64,000 nt of DNA, taken from contig OZ024743.1 in NCBI GenBank assembly GCA_964016885.1, positions 49,476,001 through 49,540,000 on the forward strand. The letters are read 5' to 3'. Of this stretch, positions 14,043-26,489 are shown one piece after another; position 1 is the first letter of the stretch; each line of letters starts with the position of its first letter. The notes under the pieces are model-generated. The model had not been told where the DNA came from, did no database searches, and saw nothing but the letters and a program-made list of their open reading frames with translations. The position numbers were made by a program, and so were the translations under genes. Origin of the DNA: Eledone cirrhosa (taxonomy: Eukaryota).

Positions 14043-16091
14043 TATATATATACATATATATGTACACATACATGTGTGTGTGTACACATATATATACATG
14101 TAGGTATACCCATATATATATATATATGTGTGTGTGTATTCATTCATCTTTATATCTATACATACATGACCTTATGTATGTGTGTGCATATATGAACACA
14201 CATCTATATAATGTTTGTGATGCTATCATATGGTGCCAGTGGCTGTTGTATGTGTCTGGTTGATAGTAAGTGGTGTGAGTGAAATTTGGGCAGGATAATG
14301 TAGCTATTCATATAATACTGCCAATACTGAGCTGTTGGTGAAGGAACCTCTCACACTGTTTCACCAGTTCCACTTGGGGCAGAGAAATCTATTGCTATAC
14401 AGGGAACATGTCATAATGTGTGTAGTGTGTAGTGTGTGTGTGTGTTTATGGTGCCTGTAGTGTGTTTGTAGTGTCTATATATGTCCCTGTATGTTTATGC
14501 ATGTGTGAATATGTCCCTGTAGTGTCTGTATATATCTGTGTATGTTTTTAGTGTTTATATCTATATATGTCTAGTGTTTCTATATGTATGTGTACATCTG
14601 TGTATATAAGAAAAAGACTAATTGATAATAAACAGCTGTTTGAAGGTTTTATTCAACCATTCCACATTTCTTCATTGGTTCTGTGCTATGTTATATAGTT
14701 GGACTATGTTTCTACTGAGATGGTAAGTCTTTTTTGTTGTATGTCATATCAAATTAGTAGAAAGATTCTATATGAAGAAGGTGAGGTGGAAGTAGTGATA
14801 TTTCTTTTTTTTTAACTGTTTATCAAAGAGGAAAGGTGGGTACTTGTGGCTTTTATATTTTCAAGCCCCCCCCCCCCCCCCCCCCCCCGATTTTTTAGGA
14901 GGGAAGGAGGAAAATATCCTCAGACCATAGACTCCCCACTCCCTGGTTCCACTATTAAGAACAGGTACTTTATTTTTATTGACCTTGACAGGATGAAAGG
15001 CAAGGTTGACTGTGGCAGGATTTGAACACAAAGTGCAGAAACAAGGTATTTTGTCTTACACTCCAATGACTGGTAATTTGCTGCCTTTTACAGGAAACGA
15101 AAGAAATATCCAATATATTGATTTTTAGTGTAGGCATAAGCCCACAATTATTTTAACAGAGTATTGGAACAATTGATTATATTGACCCAAGGACATATTT
15201 TATCACTTGTCCCCCCCTCACGGCTCAATAAGGAAGGCAGAGTTGACCTTGGTGCAATTCAAACTCAGAATATAAATGGCTGCAATAAAATAGTGAAATA
15301 ATAGGAGACATTTTGTCTGAGGCTCTACCGATTCTACCCCAATACATATTGATTACTGTTTACAATGTGAAGAGTCTGTTATTATTGAATTAATTGTAGC
15401 CCTTAGTGAAAGAAACCTTTTAACTGAATCTGTTTACCACAGAGCTGTCATCATCATTGTGATCACTTGTCATCATCACCATCATGGTCAGTTGTCATCA
15501 ATTGCTATTATCATGTATAGTTATATCATTAATGGTGGCTAACAATAGCAGAAGGGAGGAGTGGGAGATCCTTATGTATTGTTGTTGTTGTTGTAAGAAT
15601 GAGTAGGAGGAGGGGTGAAAGGTCATAACGTTGACAGGTACTTCCAGTTATTGGGGTGGGGTGAGAGGTCAATGTTGGCAGGTACCTCTAGTTAGTGAGG
15701 TGGGGTAGAGTGTGAGGTCACAACATTGACCTCCAGAGCTGGATGTTGCCAGGTTCCCCCAGTTATAGAGGACGGGGTTAGAGGTCACAACTTTGGCAGG
15801 TGCCCCAAGTTGTGCTCTGGAACCTAACAACCCTAGCTAATACCATATTTAGTTCAACAGTTTCTTGTGTTGTATGTAAATATGATTGTACCCCTTCACA
15901 TACCTACACACACACATACACTCTTTCCCTCATTACAATACACACATAGAGACACACACAATCTTTCTATAACACACACACCCATGTGGTAGCTGTGCTC
16001 TCTGTAGTGATGTGACTACACCCAGGAGCCATAATTCTGCTAGTGGTGTAACTGCTTCTATATGCCTTATATCAACCAGTCATTGCCGCCT

Positions 16092-16131
<40 letters not shown>

Positions 16132-16234
16132 TGTATATATAGTGTATTTTGCAATACACTGTATGCTTAATTAAAAGCATTTCGAAGACCTTACGCTATT
16201 GTTTTAGAGTAGCGACAGTCTCACTTACTTTAAA

Positions 16235-16322
16235 TTTTCAGCAAACAGGGGAGATAAAGCTGACAGAGCTCTGTTTCGTACTTTTTGGTACTTATCAAAG
16301 CTAACTACTCCACCTGTTTGCT
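16235..16322 (-). ncRNA. Hammerhead ribozyme motif (inverted copy of 16491-16583)
   Basis: Reverse complement of the motif at 16497-16583. Confidence 0.75.
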
Positions 16323-16490
16323 TTTAATTAAGCATACAGTGTATTGCAAAATACACTATATATACATTCATATATATATCGCTATTTCAGAGCACCAATT
16401 CTAATTTTCAATTTCTGCTTAACCGGCAACCGCTCTGTATAATCAGTTCCTGATTATTACTAGAATTCTATAAGAATCAAACATTCATGA

Positions 16491-16583
16491 TTTTCAGCAA
16501 ACAGGTGGAGTAGTTAGCTTTGATAAGTACCAAAAAGTACGAAACAGAGCTCTGTCAGCTTTATCTCCCCTGTTTGCTGAAAA
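16491..16583 (+). ncRNA. Type I hammerhead ribozyme motif, U3-A8 core, long bulged stem I
   Basis: TTTTCAGCAAACAGG..GGAG..AGCT / AGCT..CTCC..CCTGTTTGCTGAAAA (stem I); core TTGATAA 16520-26; stem II GTAC-caaaaa-GTAC; GAAA 16541-44; perfect palindromic stem III ACAGAGCTCTGT; GUC site ending at 16556. Confidence 0.8.
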
Positions 16584-16664
16584 TTTAAAGTAAGTAAGCA
16601 TACAGTGTATTGCAAAATACACTATATATACATTCATATATATATCGCTATTTCAGAGCACCAA

Positions 16665-16738
<74 letters not shown>

Positions 16739-16776
16739 TTGCAAGGTTTTTGATATGAAATCGTGTGCCGAAACAA

Positions 16777-16987
16777 ATATTGTTATACTTGGGGAGAGTC
16801 ATGTTGTTATAATATTGCCAGAAATAATAACAGAACACTCACTGTTTGGTTTGGGTTGGTTTTCGCTTCTGTATCTTTTATATCTCCATAGTTAATTTAT
16901 CTGGCAATCAAACCAAACAGTGAATGTATTCTGTTATTATTTCTGGCAATATTATAACAATATGACCCTCCCTAAGTATAACAATAT
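16777..16987. repeat. ~78-bp inverted repeat with 55-bp spacer
   Basis: 16777-16853 (atattgttatacttggggagagtc...ctgtttggtttg) is the near-exact reverse complement of 16909-16987. Confidence 0.9.
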
Positions 16988-16997
16988 ATATATATAT

Positions 16998-17122
16998 ACT
17001 AGCAGAATGGCCTGGCGTTGCTCGGGATTCTAAACATAGATTGGCATGTTTATCCCTCCTTTCTGAAACAGTACAGAGAAGTACAGAATACCTTGGCCTG
17101 GGGATGGTGTCTACATTTTGTG

Positions 17123-17168
<46 letters not shown>

Positions 17169-17589
17169 TAACAGATTAAAGTTTAAGCAAAGAATCACTG
17201 CTTTCACTCTTAACGGGATCTTCTGAAACTAAAAAAAATCAATCTGTGAACGCAGATTTTGAAAAACATTGCAACCAAAGGAAAACAGGAAGACGATACT
17301 TTGGTTCGTGGAAACGTTCCCTGGCAATGAACAGAAAATAGCGAAGATAATACGTCAGCAATGAGAACAATGTTTGTCATAATGTCGTAATGCAGACAGC
17401 TAGATATACAGACAGATATTACAAGGGCGCGACGTTATAGCTGTCTAATGTGGTCCCTAGGGCATTGAAAATTTGAAATATGTTTTCCTCGAAACAGTCA
17501 CACGACCATAAGTATTACATGTGTAACGTTTGAAAAATATCCGTTAGGTGGTTCTCGAGTTTTAGGGAGACAGACAGACAGACATTCTC

Positions 17590-17600
<11 letters not shown>
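16998..17600 (-). mobile_element. Non-autonomous Helitron-like element
   Basis: On the minus strand: starts in (TA)n ..ATAAAACAGAGAATGTCTGTCTGTCTGTC and ends with a GC-rich imperfect hairpin CCCGAGCAACGCCAGG followed by CTAGT. This layout is typical of short invertebrate Helitrons. Confidence 0.65.
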
Positions 17601-17658
<58 letters not shown>

Positions 17659-17859
17659 TATATATACACACACACATATATACAGACACACATTTAGTAA
17701 ATGTAACTGGTTGTGTATATACCATGTCAGCTAACAGCTAGCCAATATATAAATATATACACAAGTTATTATTGTACACCCCCCCCCCACACACAGACAT
17801 ACACTTGATATAGTGAGAGTATACATCAAAATATATTTGATGGCTGATGTGTCAGCATG

Positions 17860-18160
17860 TGAACATGTTCCCACACACACACACACACCCATACACGCAC
17901 ATACACACACATACACACAGACTCACACACACATACACATACACACACATACACGCACTCACACACATACACAAGCGCACACGCTCACACATACACACAT
18001 ACTGACTCACACACATACAGACACACACACACACACATACACACAGACAAACACACACACACTGACACACACACACACAGACACACACACACACACAGAG
18101 ACACACACACAGACACAGACACACACAGACACAGACAGACACACACAGACACACACAGAT
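17860..18160. repeat. Imperfect (CA)n/(CACAGA)n microsatellite
   Basis: Direct inspection; source of the THTH/CVCV pseudo-ORFs. Confidence 0.95.
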
Positions 18161-18391
18161 AAATCCCTGTACCACACCTCTGTACAATGCAAAAACTATT
18201 TACCTCAGAATACAAAAACAGGTTTTGTAATTTTCCAATTTTCCCAATCTGGTTTTCTTATTTCTATATTATTAGCTTTACCATAAATTACAGAAATATA
18301 TCATCATCATCATCACCATTTAACGTCCATTTTCCCATACTAGCATGAGTTAGGGAGGTTGTCCCATTTAAGGCAAGTTGGGTCAAGTGAC

Positions 18392-18936
18392 TGTAGTGAC
18401 CTACATTCCGCGGGCTCACATACATTCTCTGTGCGTGATTTGGCTCAGTTCAGCCAATCAGCGCCAGTAGAAGAGGATGTATCCCTACGCGCCCTGAGGA
18501 AGAATTTCCCCGCGAAGATTTGAAGAATCTCTAGCTTGTACCGGAAACTTCGAGCCAGCAACACGCATAATGTAACAGTGAGATATTGCACCACTAGCCT
18601 CGCCGGCGCAATGGCACATTCCCTAATGTAACCTCTTTTTATCTGTAACTTCAACCATATAAATAAACAAACATTGCATCTCTAATTACTGCGGTTGAAG
18701 TCGTTGTTATGTTACTCGTGTCTCAATAACATCTTTAATCCATGCTGCTGGAATTGGCGACCTGACGAAAGGAATATTGTGAATAGATGGTAAATAGATC
18801 GAGGGACCTTCCCTCACGTCTATGTCAACAAGATAATCCAACGAGGATACTATCACTTACCACACTGGCAACTAACGACCACTGATTCTACCACCCTGCT
18901 AATGTGGCGATAACATCTATAACTAATACTGCTAAA
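18392..18936 (+). mobile_element. Probable solo LTR (Gypsy-like, 4-bp TSD)
   Basis: 545-bp CpG-richer insert that interrupts an RTE-tail repeat (intact ..gtcaggtgaccatg.. at ~33600). Flanked by TGAC duplication (18388-91 / 18937-40); termini TGTAG...CTAAA (one change from CTACA); internal AATAAA. Confidence 0.6.
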
Positions 18937-19267
18937 TGACCATGTCTTGCTCACACAGAACTGTTTCTGACTTTGTTTCTATGGCTAGATGCCCTTCCTA
19001 ATGCCAACCACATTTACAGTGTGGGCTGGGTGCTTTTGGTCATGAGATTACATGACCGCTTTACAGTGTGGGCTGGGTGCGTTTTGTTGTGTCGCCATCA
19101 CAACCACTTTACAGTGTGGGCGGGGTGGAGGATTCAATGGATGTATGCTACAGTCTGTCCTCATGAGAGATGTATGGGAGGGGGTAGGTGGGGGTGGTGT
19201 ATACTGTATATGTGTATATATATATATGGCTGTATATGTTGTATACTGTATATGTGTATATATATAT

Positions 19268-19812
19268 ATGGCATGTGATGCGTATGAAGGACTTCAGCTG
19301 TATAAAAAAGTGCAGGGCAATGAAAATTGATGGAAACGACAGAGTGGGTAGACCAAGAAAAACCTGGGCCAAGGTGATAAAAACTAACCTTGCTCACTTA
19401 CACCTCTCTAAGACAATGACACTGGCTGGAGATGTTTGGTGCCATGCAGTTGTACAGAAGACCCGCCTTCCCTTGCATACAAACCAACAATCAGTAGGTA
19501 CCTCTTAACCCAATATACTCCCCACCCACACACCCTACCCCATCCTCGCATTTCCGTCCACTGTGTCAATGACACAACAAAAAGCACCCAGTCCACACTG
19601 TAAGGTGGTCGTGTAGGAGACATGATAAAAAGGCTCCCAGTCCACACTGTAAAAGTGGTTGGTGTTAGGAAGGGCATCCAGCTGTAGAAATCAAGCCAGA
19701 GACAGTTCCATATGAGTGAGACACGGTCTCCCGACCATTCCCGCATCAAATGGAACAAAACCGTCTAACCCATGCTAGCGTGGAAGATAGACGTTAAACA
19801 ATGATGATGATG
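19268..19812 (+). mobile_element. RTE LINE 3' end fragment
   Basis: HVMRMKD..GRPRKTW..KTRL coding tail, then a 3'UTR with gttaggaagggcatccagctgtagaaa and (ATG)n tail. Confidence 0.85.
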
Positions 19813-19844
19813 GGGATGATATATACATATATATATATGCTTTA

Positions 19845-20849
19845 GCTACAACCTGTGTCCATGGGAAGGCGAGTCTTCTGTATTACTGCATAACGCCAGA
19901 AATCTCTGTCCTGTGTCATCACCTTTGAGAGGTGCAATTGAGCAAGGTCAGCTTTTATTAACTCATCCCAAGTCTTCCTGGGTCTCCCTACTCCAAGCCT
20001 TCCATCAATGTATATATATATATTAATATATAGGTGCCCCAGCATGGCCTCAGCTGGATGGCTGGAACAGGTAAAAGAGAATATGAATATGTTTATTTCC
20101 CATATATATATGTGGTTTTCTAAAGAGGAATGGAAGGGCACCACAGTGAAATCAGATACAAATGAAACAGTTCTTGTCCTGTAGAAGTCATTTGTATATG
20201 AAATACAAACTCAGGTACGCACGCACGCACACACACACACACAAAACACACGCACAAACACACTCACAAACACACGCAAATACACACATACACACACACA
20301 CCCACACAAACACACACACACATACACTCACACACAAACACACACACACACACTCTCACACACATATATATATGGTATGGACATGTGATGCATATGAAGG
20401 ATGAGAGCTGCATATAAAGGTGCAGAGCATTAGAAGTCGATGGAAGTCGTGGAGTGGGGAGACCCAAGAAGACCTGGGATGGGGTGATGAAAGCCGACCT
20501 TACCCAATTGCACCTCTCAAAGGCGATGACATAGGACCGTGACCTCTGGTGTCACGCAGTAATACAGAAGACCCGACTTCCCACGGGTACAAGCCGAAGC
20601 TGAAGCATATAGACAATATGTCCCCACCCCCTCGCACTGCAAAGTGGTTGTGGAAGTGCCACGGCAAAAAGCACCCAGCATTCACTGTAAATGAGGTTGG
20701 TGTTAGGAAGGGCATCCAGCCGTAGAATTCAAGCCAGAATCAGTTTCCGTATGAGCAAGACAAGCTCAGCTGACCGTGCACTGCCCACAACAGGACAACC
20801 TGTCGGACCCATGCTAGCGTGGAAGAATGGACATAAAACGGTGATGATG

Positions 20850-20850
<1 letters not shown>
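19845..20850. mobile_element. Two further RTE 3' fragments in opposite orientations (19845-20010 minus; 20371-20850 plus)
   Basis: Both encode GVGRPxKTWD..ADLxQLHLSK..VIQKTRLP; the plus copy ends in (ATG)n. Confidence 0.85.
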
Positions 20851-20880
<30 letters not shown>

Positions 20881-20899
20881 TTTATATACCATGAGTGGT

Positions 20900-21430
20900 A
20901 TAGCTATAGTATGATTAGTTACCTCAATGGTATAGCTGTAGTGTGGTAGTTACCTCAGTGGTTTGTAGTGTAGTAGTTACCTCAATGGTATGTAGTGTGG
21001 TAGTTACCTCAGTGGTATGTAGTGTGGTAGTTACCTCAGTGGTAGTTACCCCCAGTGGTATGGAGTGTGGTAGTTACCTCAGTGGTATGTAGTGTGGTAG
21101 TTACCTCAGTGGTAGTTACCCCCAGTGGTATGTAGTGTGGTAGTTACCTCAGTGGTATGTAGTGTGGTAGTTACCTCAGTGGTAGTTACCCCCAGTGGTA
21201 TGGAGTGTGGTAGTTACCTCAGTGGTATGTAGTGTGGTAGTTACCTCAGTGGTAGTTACCCCCAGTGGTATGTAGTGTGGTAGTTACCTCAGTGGTATGT
21301 AGTGTGGTAGTTACCTCAGTGGTAGTTACCCCCAGTGGTATGGAGTGTGGTAGTTACCCCAGTGGTAGTTACCCCAGTGGTAGTTACCTCAGTGGTAGTT
21401 ACCTCAGTGGTAGTTACCCCAGTGGTATAT
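20900..21430. repeat. Composite 15/27-bp minisatellite with ~69-bp higher-order unit
   Basis: TGGTAGTTACCTCAG and TGGTATGTAGTG modules in a regular alternation. Confidence 0.92.
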
Positions 21431-22577
21431 CTTTATTCAGTTAATAATATAGATCATACCGACCTCCCCATCTGTCAGTTGTATTCCAAAATAGTGGAGG
21501 GAGAAAATGGTGGATTTTCCCTGAAATATAATCCCCCAAATCTAAACTAATTTATAGATTATCAAATCATATGACTTTAGTCATCATCATCATCAACAAT
21601 GTTACCACCACCACTCTCATCATTAACTTTGTATAAATGCTGATGGTGGTCATAATGATTTCACTTTAATTACTCAATGGAAACTGTAGCTAAGTTGCCT
21701 GTTGGTTGTCTTAGAAATGAAATGTCCACTGGTTGGTTGCCTAGGCAACGAGGTGTCCGCTGCACTACAGAGAGTTATTAGAGTTTCTGATGTTTAGAGA
21801 AAGAACTCAGTTCACCTTTAGTGTCCAAGTGGAATATCATTGGCTAGTTAGTGGTCAGTTTATTTTTTACCATAAGTGACCAGTTTACTACCTCAACATT
21901 AACAATATAATGGTCATTAATGGTCAGTTCAGTTTACCCTGGTTAACACTGATTATATAATGTTCACTAGTGGTCACTTTAGTCCCTCTACACTGACCTC
22001 AGTCCTTTGGTCATTTCCAAGTCATCTGTATATAGTGTGCACTAGAATGAACCTAAAACCATCATCATCATCATTGTCGAACCATGCTGTAATATAGTAC
22101 ATATGAGCAAAATGTAGCTATCTGGCCATGTCTCAGACTGTGATGACCTGTCCAACCCATTCCAGCATGGAATGTGGGTATAAAATGATGGTGATGGTGA
22201 TGATGATGGTGACAGCTTCTAATTAATGCTATAGTACTAATAACATTTGTTTCTAATGAGCAGTGAAACACCTAAGCCACTTGAGATCTGTGTTGTTATC
22301 ACTATTGTGAACTGGTTGTGTTAGTGTTGATAACTACTTTGTTAACCCTACCACCCACCATTATAAGTTAAGCCAATGATTGTTACTGTAACACTGGCTT
22401 CATTGAATTCTGATGATTAGTATGTATGGTAATTAGAGTGATTGTCTACTGCACTAATTGTGCTGAATATCTGCTGAAGAATCTTACTTCACTTGATGGT
22501 TGTAATGTAATTACACAGTAATTATGTTATAGGCCAATTACTCTCATGTATCTGTTGCAGAAAGGGGACAGTAATAC

Positions 22578-22614
<37 letters not shown>

Positions 22615-22699
22615 ATATATATATATATGTGTATATATATATATATGTGTATATATATATATATGTGTATATATATATATATATATGTGTGTATATATA

Positions 22700-23053
22700 T
22701 CATCATCATTTCATCATCATCATTTCATTTTACGTCCGCTTTTCCCTGCTTGCAAGGGTGGGACGGGAACTGATACTGGCTTGATTTCTACAGCTGGATG
22801 CCCTTCCTAACACCAACCTCATTTACAGTGAGTGCTGGGTGCTTTTTTGCCGTGGCACCTACACGACCACTTTGCAGTGGAATGATAAGGACCTCAGTCC
22901 CTAGCATCTCATTTCTACAGCTGAGTAAACTGGAGCAATGTGAAATAAAGTGTCTTGCTCAAGGAAACAACACACCACCCGGTCTGAGAATTGAACTCAC
23001 AACCTTTCGATTGCAAGGCCAAATGCTCTAACCACTAAGCCATGTGCCTCCAC
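22700..23053 (-). mobile_element. tRNA-like SINE family A with RTE-type 3' tail
   Basis: Head with A-box TGGCTTAGTGG and B-box GTTCAATTC, CORE-like CCTTGAGCAAGACACTT, RTE-like tail and (ATG)n. Confidence 0.88.
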
Positions 23054-23125
23054 AAACCTCTTCAAATGAAGTTGATGTTTATTACGGTATGTCGAATATA
23101 TTTATCTATAAAACTGTTTATATTG

Positions 23126-23191
23126 TATTTTGTCTGATGAAGGCATAACATATTGTTAATATGATATCCCCGAAATATATATAATGAAATA
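23126..23191 (+). ncRNA. Type I hammerhead ribozyme motif (Penelope pLTR-type)
   Basis: Stem I TATTTTGT/ATGAAATA; CTGATGA 23134-40; imperfect stem II AGGCATAACATATT/AATATGATATCCCC; GAAA; palindromic ATATATAT stem III; UA site. Flanks are homologous to 26400-26530. Confidence 0.65.
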
Positions 23192-23247
23192 AATATGGTT
23201 TTATAAATATAGTTTTCCATTTATTTAATATTGTATATATATATATA

Positions 23248-23292
<45 letters not shown>

Positions 23293-23323
23293 ATATATAT
23301 ATATATATATGTGTGTGTATATA

Positions 23324-23363
<40 letters not shown>

Positions 23364-23553
23364 TACGTATGTATATATTATGTACATATGCTTTTCTCTC
23401 TCTCCACATACACAGCTATATGCCTTTCTCTCTCCCCTTCTCTCTGTGTTTAAGGGATTAAGGACCAAATATAGTTAGGGAGCAATCTTGTTTTACTTAT
23501 TTGATTTTATATGAAATGATAAAGAAATATTATTATAAAGAAAGAATTATTAT

Positions 23554-23730
23554 GTGGTGGATTGGCAGTATCGGTAGAGCGTCCAACAGTATGCTTTGTG
23601 GCATAGAGTTATGTCCCTTCATGTTCTGGGTTCAAATCCTGCCAAGGTTGGCTTTGCCTTTCATCCTTGCGGGGTTGATAAAATAAAGTACCAGTCACGT
23701 ACTGGGACTGATTTAATAGACTTCCCTCCC
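23554..23730 (+). mobile_element. tRNA-like SINE family B
   Basis: TTGGCAGTATCGGTAGAG...GGTTCAAATCC...TTTGCCTTTCATCCTT..GGGGTTGATAAAATAAAGTACCAG; homologous to 40930, 52141, 53335, 57255, 59206. Confidence 0.88.
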
Positions 23731-23978
23731 TCTATGTGTGTATATACATGTATATATATATTTGCAAGAGATGTCAACATGAATGGACCTATTATTTTTA
23801 TATAAAGACTTTTTTTCCAATTCCATCCCACCCGTACCCTTAATCTATTTTATTTCTCATTCTTTCTTCTGATGAAGAACTAGCGTCCGAAATGTTAAGA
23901 CCCTCTTCCTGCTATATCAAGCGTAACCTAATATATACCTTCCATATATTGTACCGATTGTGTTGTTATTTCTGTTTA

Positions 23979-24041
<63 letters not shown>

Positions 24042-24081
24042 ATATATTAATAAATGGAAACTATATTTATAAAACCATATT

Positions 24082-24147
24082 TATTTTATTATATATATTT
24101 CAAGGGCAACCAAGGCAAATTATGGTGCGCTTTCATCAGATAAAATA
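24082..24147 (-). ncRNA. Type I hammerhead ribozyme motif in PLE 3' pLTR
   Basis: Reverse complement of 26424-26489; same strand as, and downstream of, the GIY-YIG frame. Confidence 0.8.
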
Positions 24148-25539
24148 CAGATTTGTTTTATAAATAAATATTGACATACCCGGAAAAAAGACAACCTTAA
24201 CGGTTGGAGCTTCCTGGATAGTGGAGATAATATTTTATTGAGGGTAATACAAAGTTATGAGTGAGTATGCAAATGAGTGTCCTAAAAGTTGAAAAGATAA
24301 CTGTTTATTTAAATTAAACTGTTGGAAGAAGAGGATATGTAAGGGAGAGAGAAGAGAAAGAAAGAAGAAAGAAAGAACGATTATACATAGTGATAGTGAA
24401 GATAGTCAAAGTGAACGAGGAAATAAATTTTAATGGAAGAAATATACAGAGCGTATATATATCTAAGTGAAAGAAGAAGTGAAAGAAGAAATAAGATTAA
24501 CGTGGAAGAATAATATTTAGAATGTAGGGTTCATTACGTTGTGATTATAATATTTATAATGATAAGTTGAAAAATTAAATTAAAATTAAAAATTAAAAAT
24601 CAAAATTAAAGATTAAAGTTTACTTTAATATTAAAAATTTAATTTAATATTAATATTAAAATTAAAATTAAAACAGAAGTATTTATATTATATTAAGATG
24701 TATTAGTAATAATATATTGGTTTAGATGTGTATGTTATGGATTATAAATTATTTAAATGTATAGTATTTTACATTAGAGAAAATCAAGTATAGTAAGTTT
24801 GGCAAAATTATATTTATTAATAGTTGTAAGTCAAAACTTAAACATCCAAATAATTCCAAATTTATGAAAATTTACGAGAGTTTACAAAGGAATAACTACT
24901 TAATTAGATTATCAAAACAGTAAGGAAGTATAAAGGAAGTTAGAAGTGATTTTTTAAAGAACTCAAATGACTCCAAGGATACATAAAAAAAAAACCTTTA
25001 AAAAAATTTTTTTTAAAATTTTTATGGGAAGTTCTAAATGTTATAAAGTTAAAAAAATTATTTTAATAATATAATTAAAACATAAAACCATATGTTATTT
25101 AATAAGAAGTCATAAATTTATTATAGGAATATAATTAAAACATAAACCATAGGTTATTCCACATATATATAAAAACTATATGTTATTCCACATATATATA
25201 TATAAATATTTGGATATATATTAAAAATGTTTGAAGATATAAAATATTGGAAGATATGAAAATAATGGTTTTTCCAAAGGAACTTTCAAAAGATTTATCA
25301 AGAATTTTCTAAAATCTTCAGAAAATCTTTCAAGGAAAATTTTTCTTAAAAGAATTTCAAGTAGTCATATAAAAAGGTTATAATCTATTGATAAGTGTAA
25401 TAATATAAAGTATATTTATGAAGTAGAGATAATAGAAAGTAAATTAAATATATATGAATCATATATAGATATAATCTGAAGGATGAAGTTGTAGGTGGTT
25501 GGATATAGAAAACGTTATGTAAAGGAGATTAACCATATA

Positions 25540-25878
25540 TTACATTTTATATATATATCTAAAAGTTGAGTTTAAACGATGTTTACAAGAACTAAATAAA
25601 TTATTACGCAAATTAATAGAGTTCTTACGTTTTAGTATAAAGAATATTTCTTCAACGCAAAGGGAGCAATTTTTGGATAGAGCTGTGTATGATGGAGCTT
25701 TGGAGATAATTTCCCAAGATAAAGAATAGTTAATATTCTTGGATTTTAAGTTCCATAATAAGTTGGATAGAGAAGTTGAAGATTTTTTACCAATATTCGT
25801 AAAGGAACATTTATGGTTATTGAAACGAGATTTGAAGTCTGTGGAAGTAGAGCCGACATAGTTAAAGGAATTTTCATT
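25540..25878 (-). pseudogene. C-terminal GIY-YIG endonuclease fragment of a Penelope-like element (112 aa, no start codon)
   Basis: Hand translation: NENSFNYVGSTSTDFKSRFNNHKCSF...STSLSNLLWNLK...SWEII...CSLCVEEIFFI...INLRNNLFSSCKHR...*. Contains the Y(I/V)G motif, R..H, catalytic E and N typical of PLE endonucleases. Confidence 0.88.
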
Positions 25879-26423
25879 GGTTTTTAATTTTTTATTTTAA
25901 TTTTAATATTAATATTAAATAAAATTTTTAATATTAAAGTAAACTTTAATCTTTAATTTTGATTTTTAATTTCAATTTTAATTTAATTTTTCAACTTATC
26001 ATTATAAATATTATAATCACAACGTAATGAACCCTACATTCTAAATATTATTCTTCCACGTTAATCTTATTTCTTCTTTCACTTCTTCTTTCACTTAGAT
26101 ATATTTACGCTCTGTATATTTCTTCCATTAAAATTTATTTCCTAGTTCACTTTGACTATCTTCACTATCACTATGTATAATCGTTCTTTCTTTCTTCTTC
26201 TCTCTTTCTCCTTCCTTTTCTTCTCTCTCCCTTACATATCCTCTTCTAACAGTTTAATTTAAATAAACCATTATCTTTTCAACTTTTAGGACACTCATTT
26301 GCATACTCACTCATAACTTTGTATTACCCTCAATAAAATATTATCTCCACTATCCAGGAAGCTCCAACCGTTAAGGTTGTCTTTTTTCTGAGTATGTCAA
26401 TATTTATTTATAAAACAAATCTG

Positions 26424-26489
26424 TATTTTATCTGATGAAAGCGCACCATAATTTGCCTTGGTTGCCCTTGAAATATATATAATAAAATA
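26424..26489 (+). ncRNA. Type I hammerhead ribozyme motif in inverted pLTR
   Basis: Perfect 8-bp stem I TATTTTAT/ATAAAATA; CTGATGA 26432-38; stem II AAGCGCACCA/TGGTTGCCCTT; GAAA 26470-73; palindromic stem III ATATATAT; predicted cleavage after A26481. Confidence 0.8.

Noticed and set aside
18762-18800. CTGACGA hammerhead core or TGGCGAC primer-binding site
   Set aside because: No paired stem II plus GAAA follows, and it lies inside the TSD-defined insert rather than just after an LTR end.
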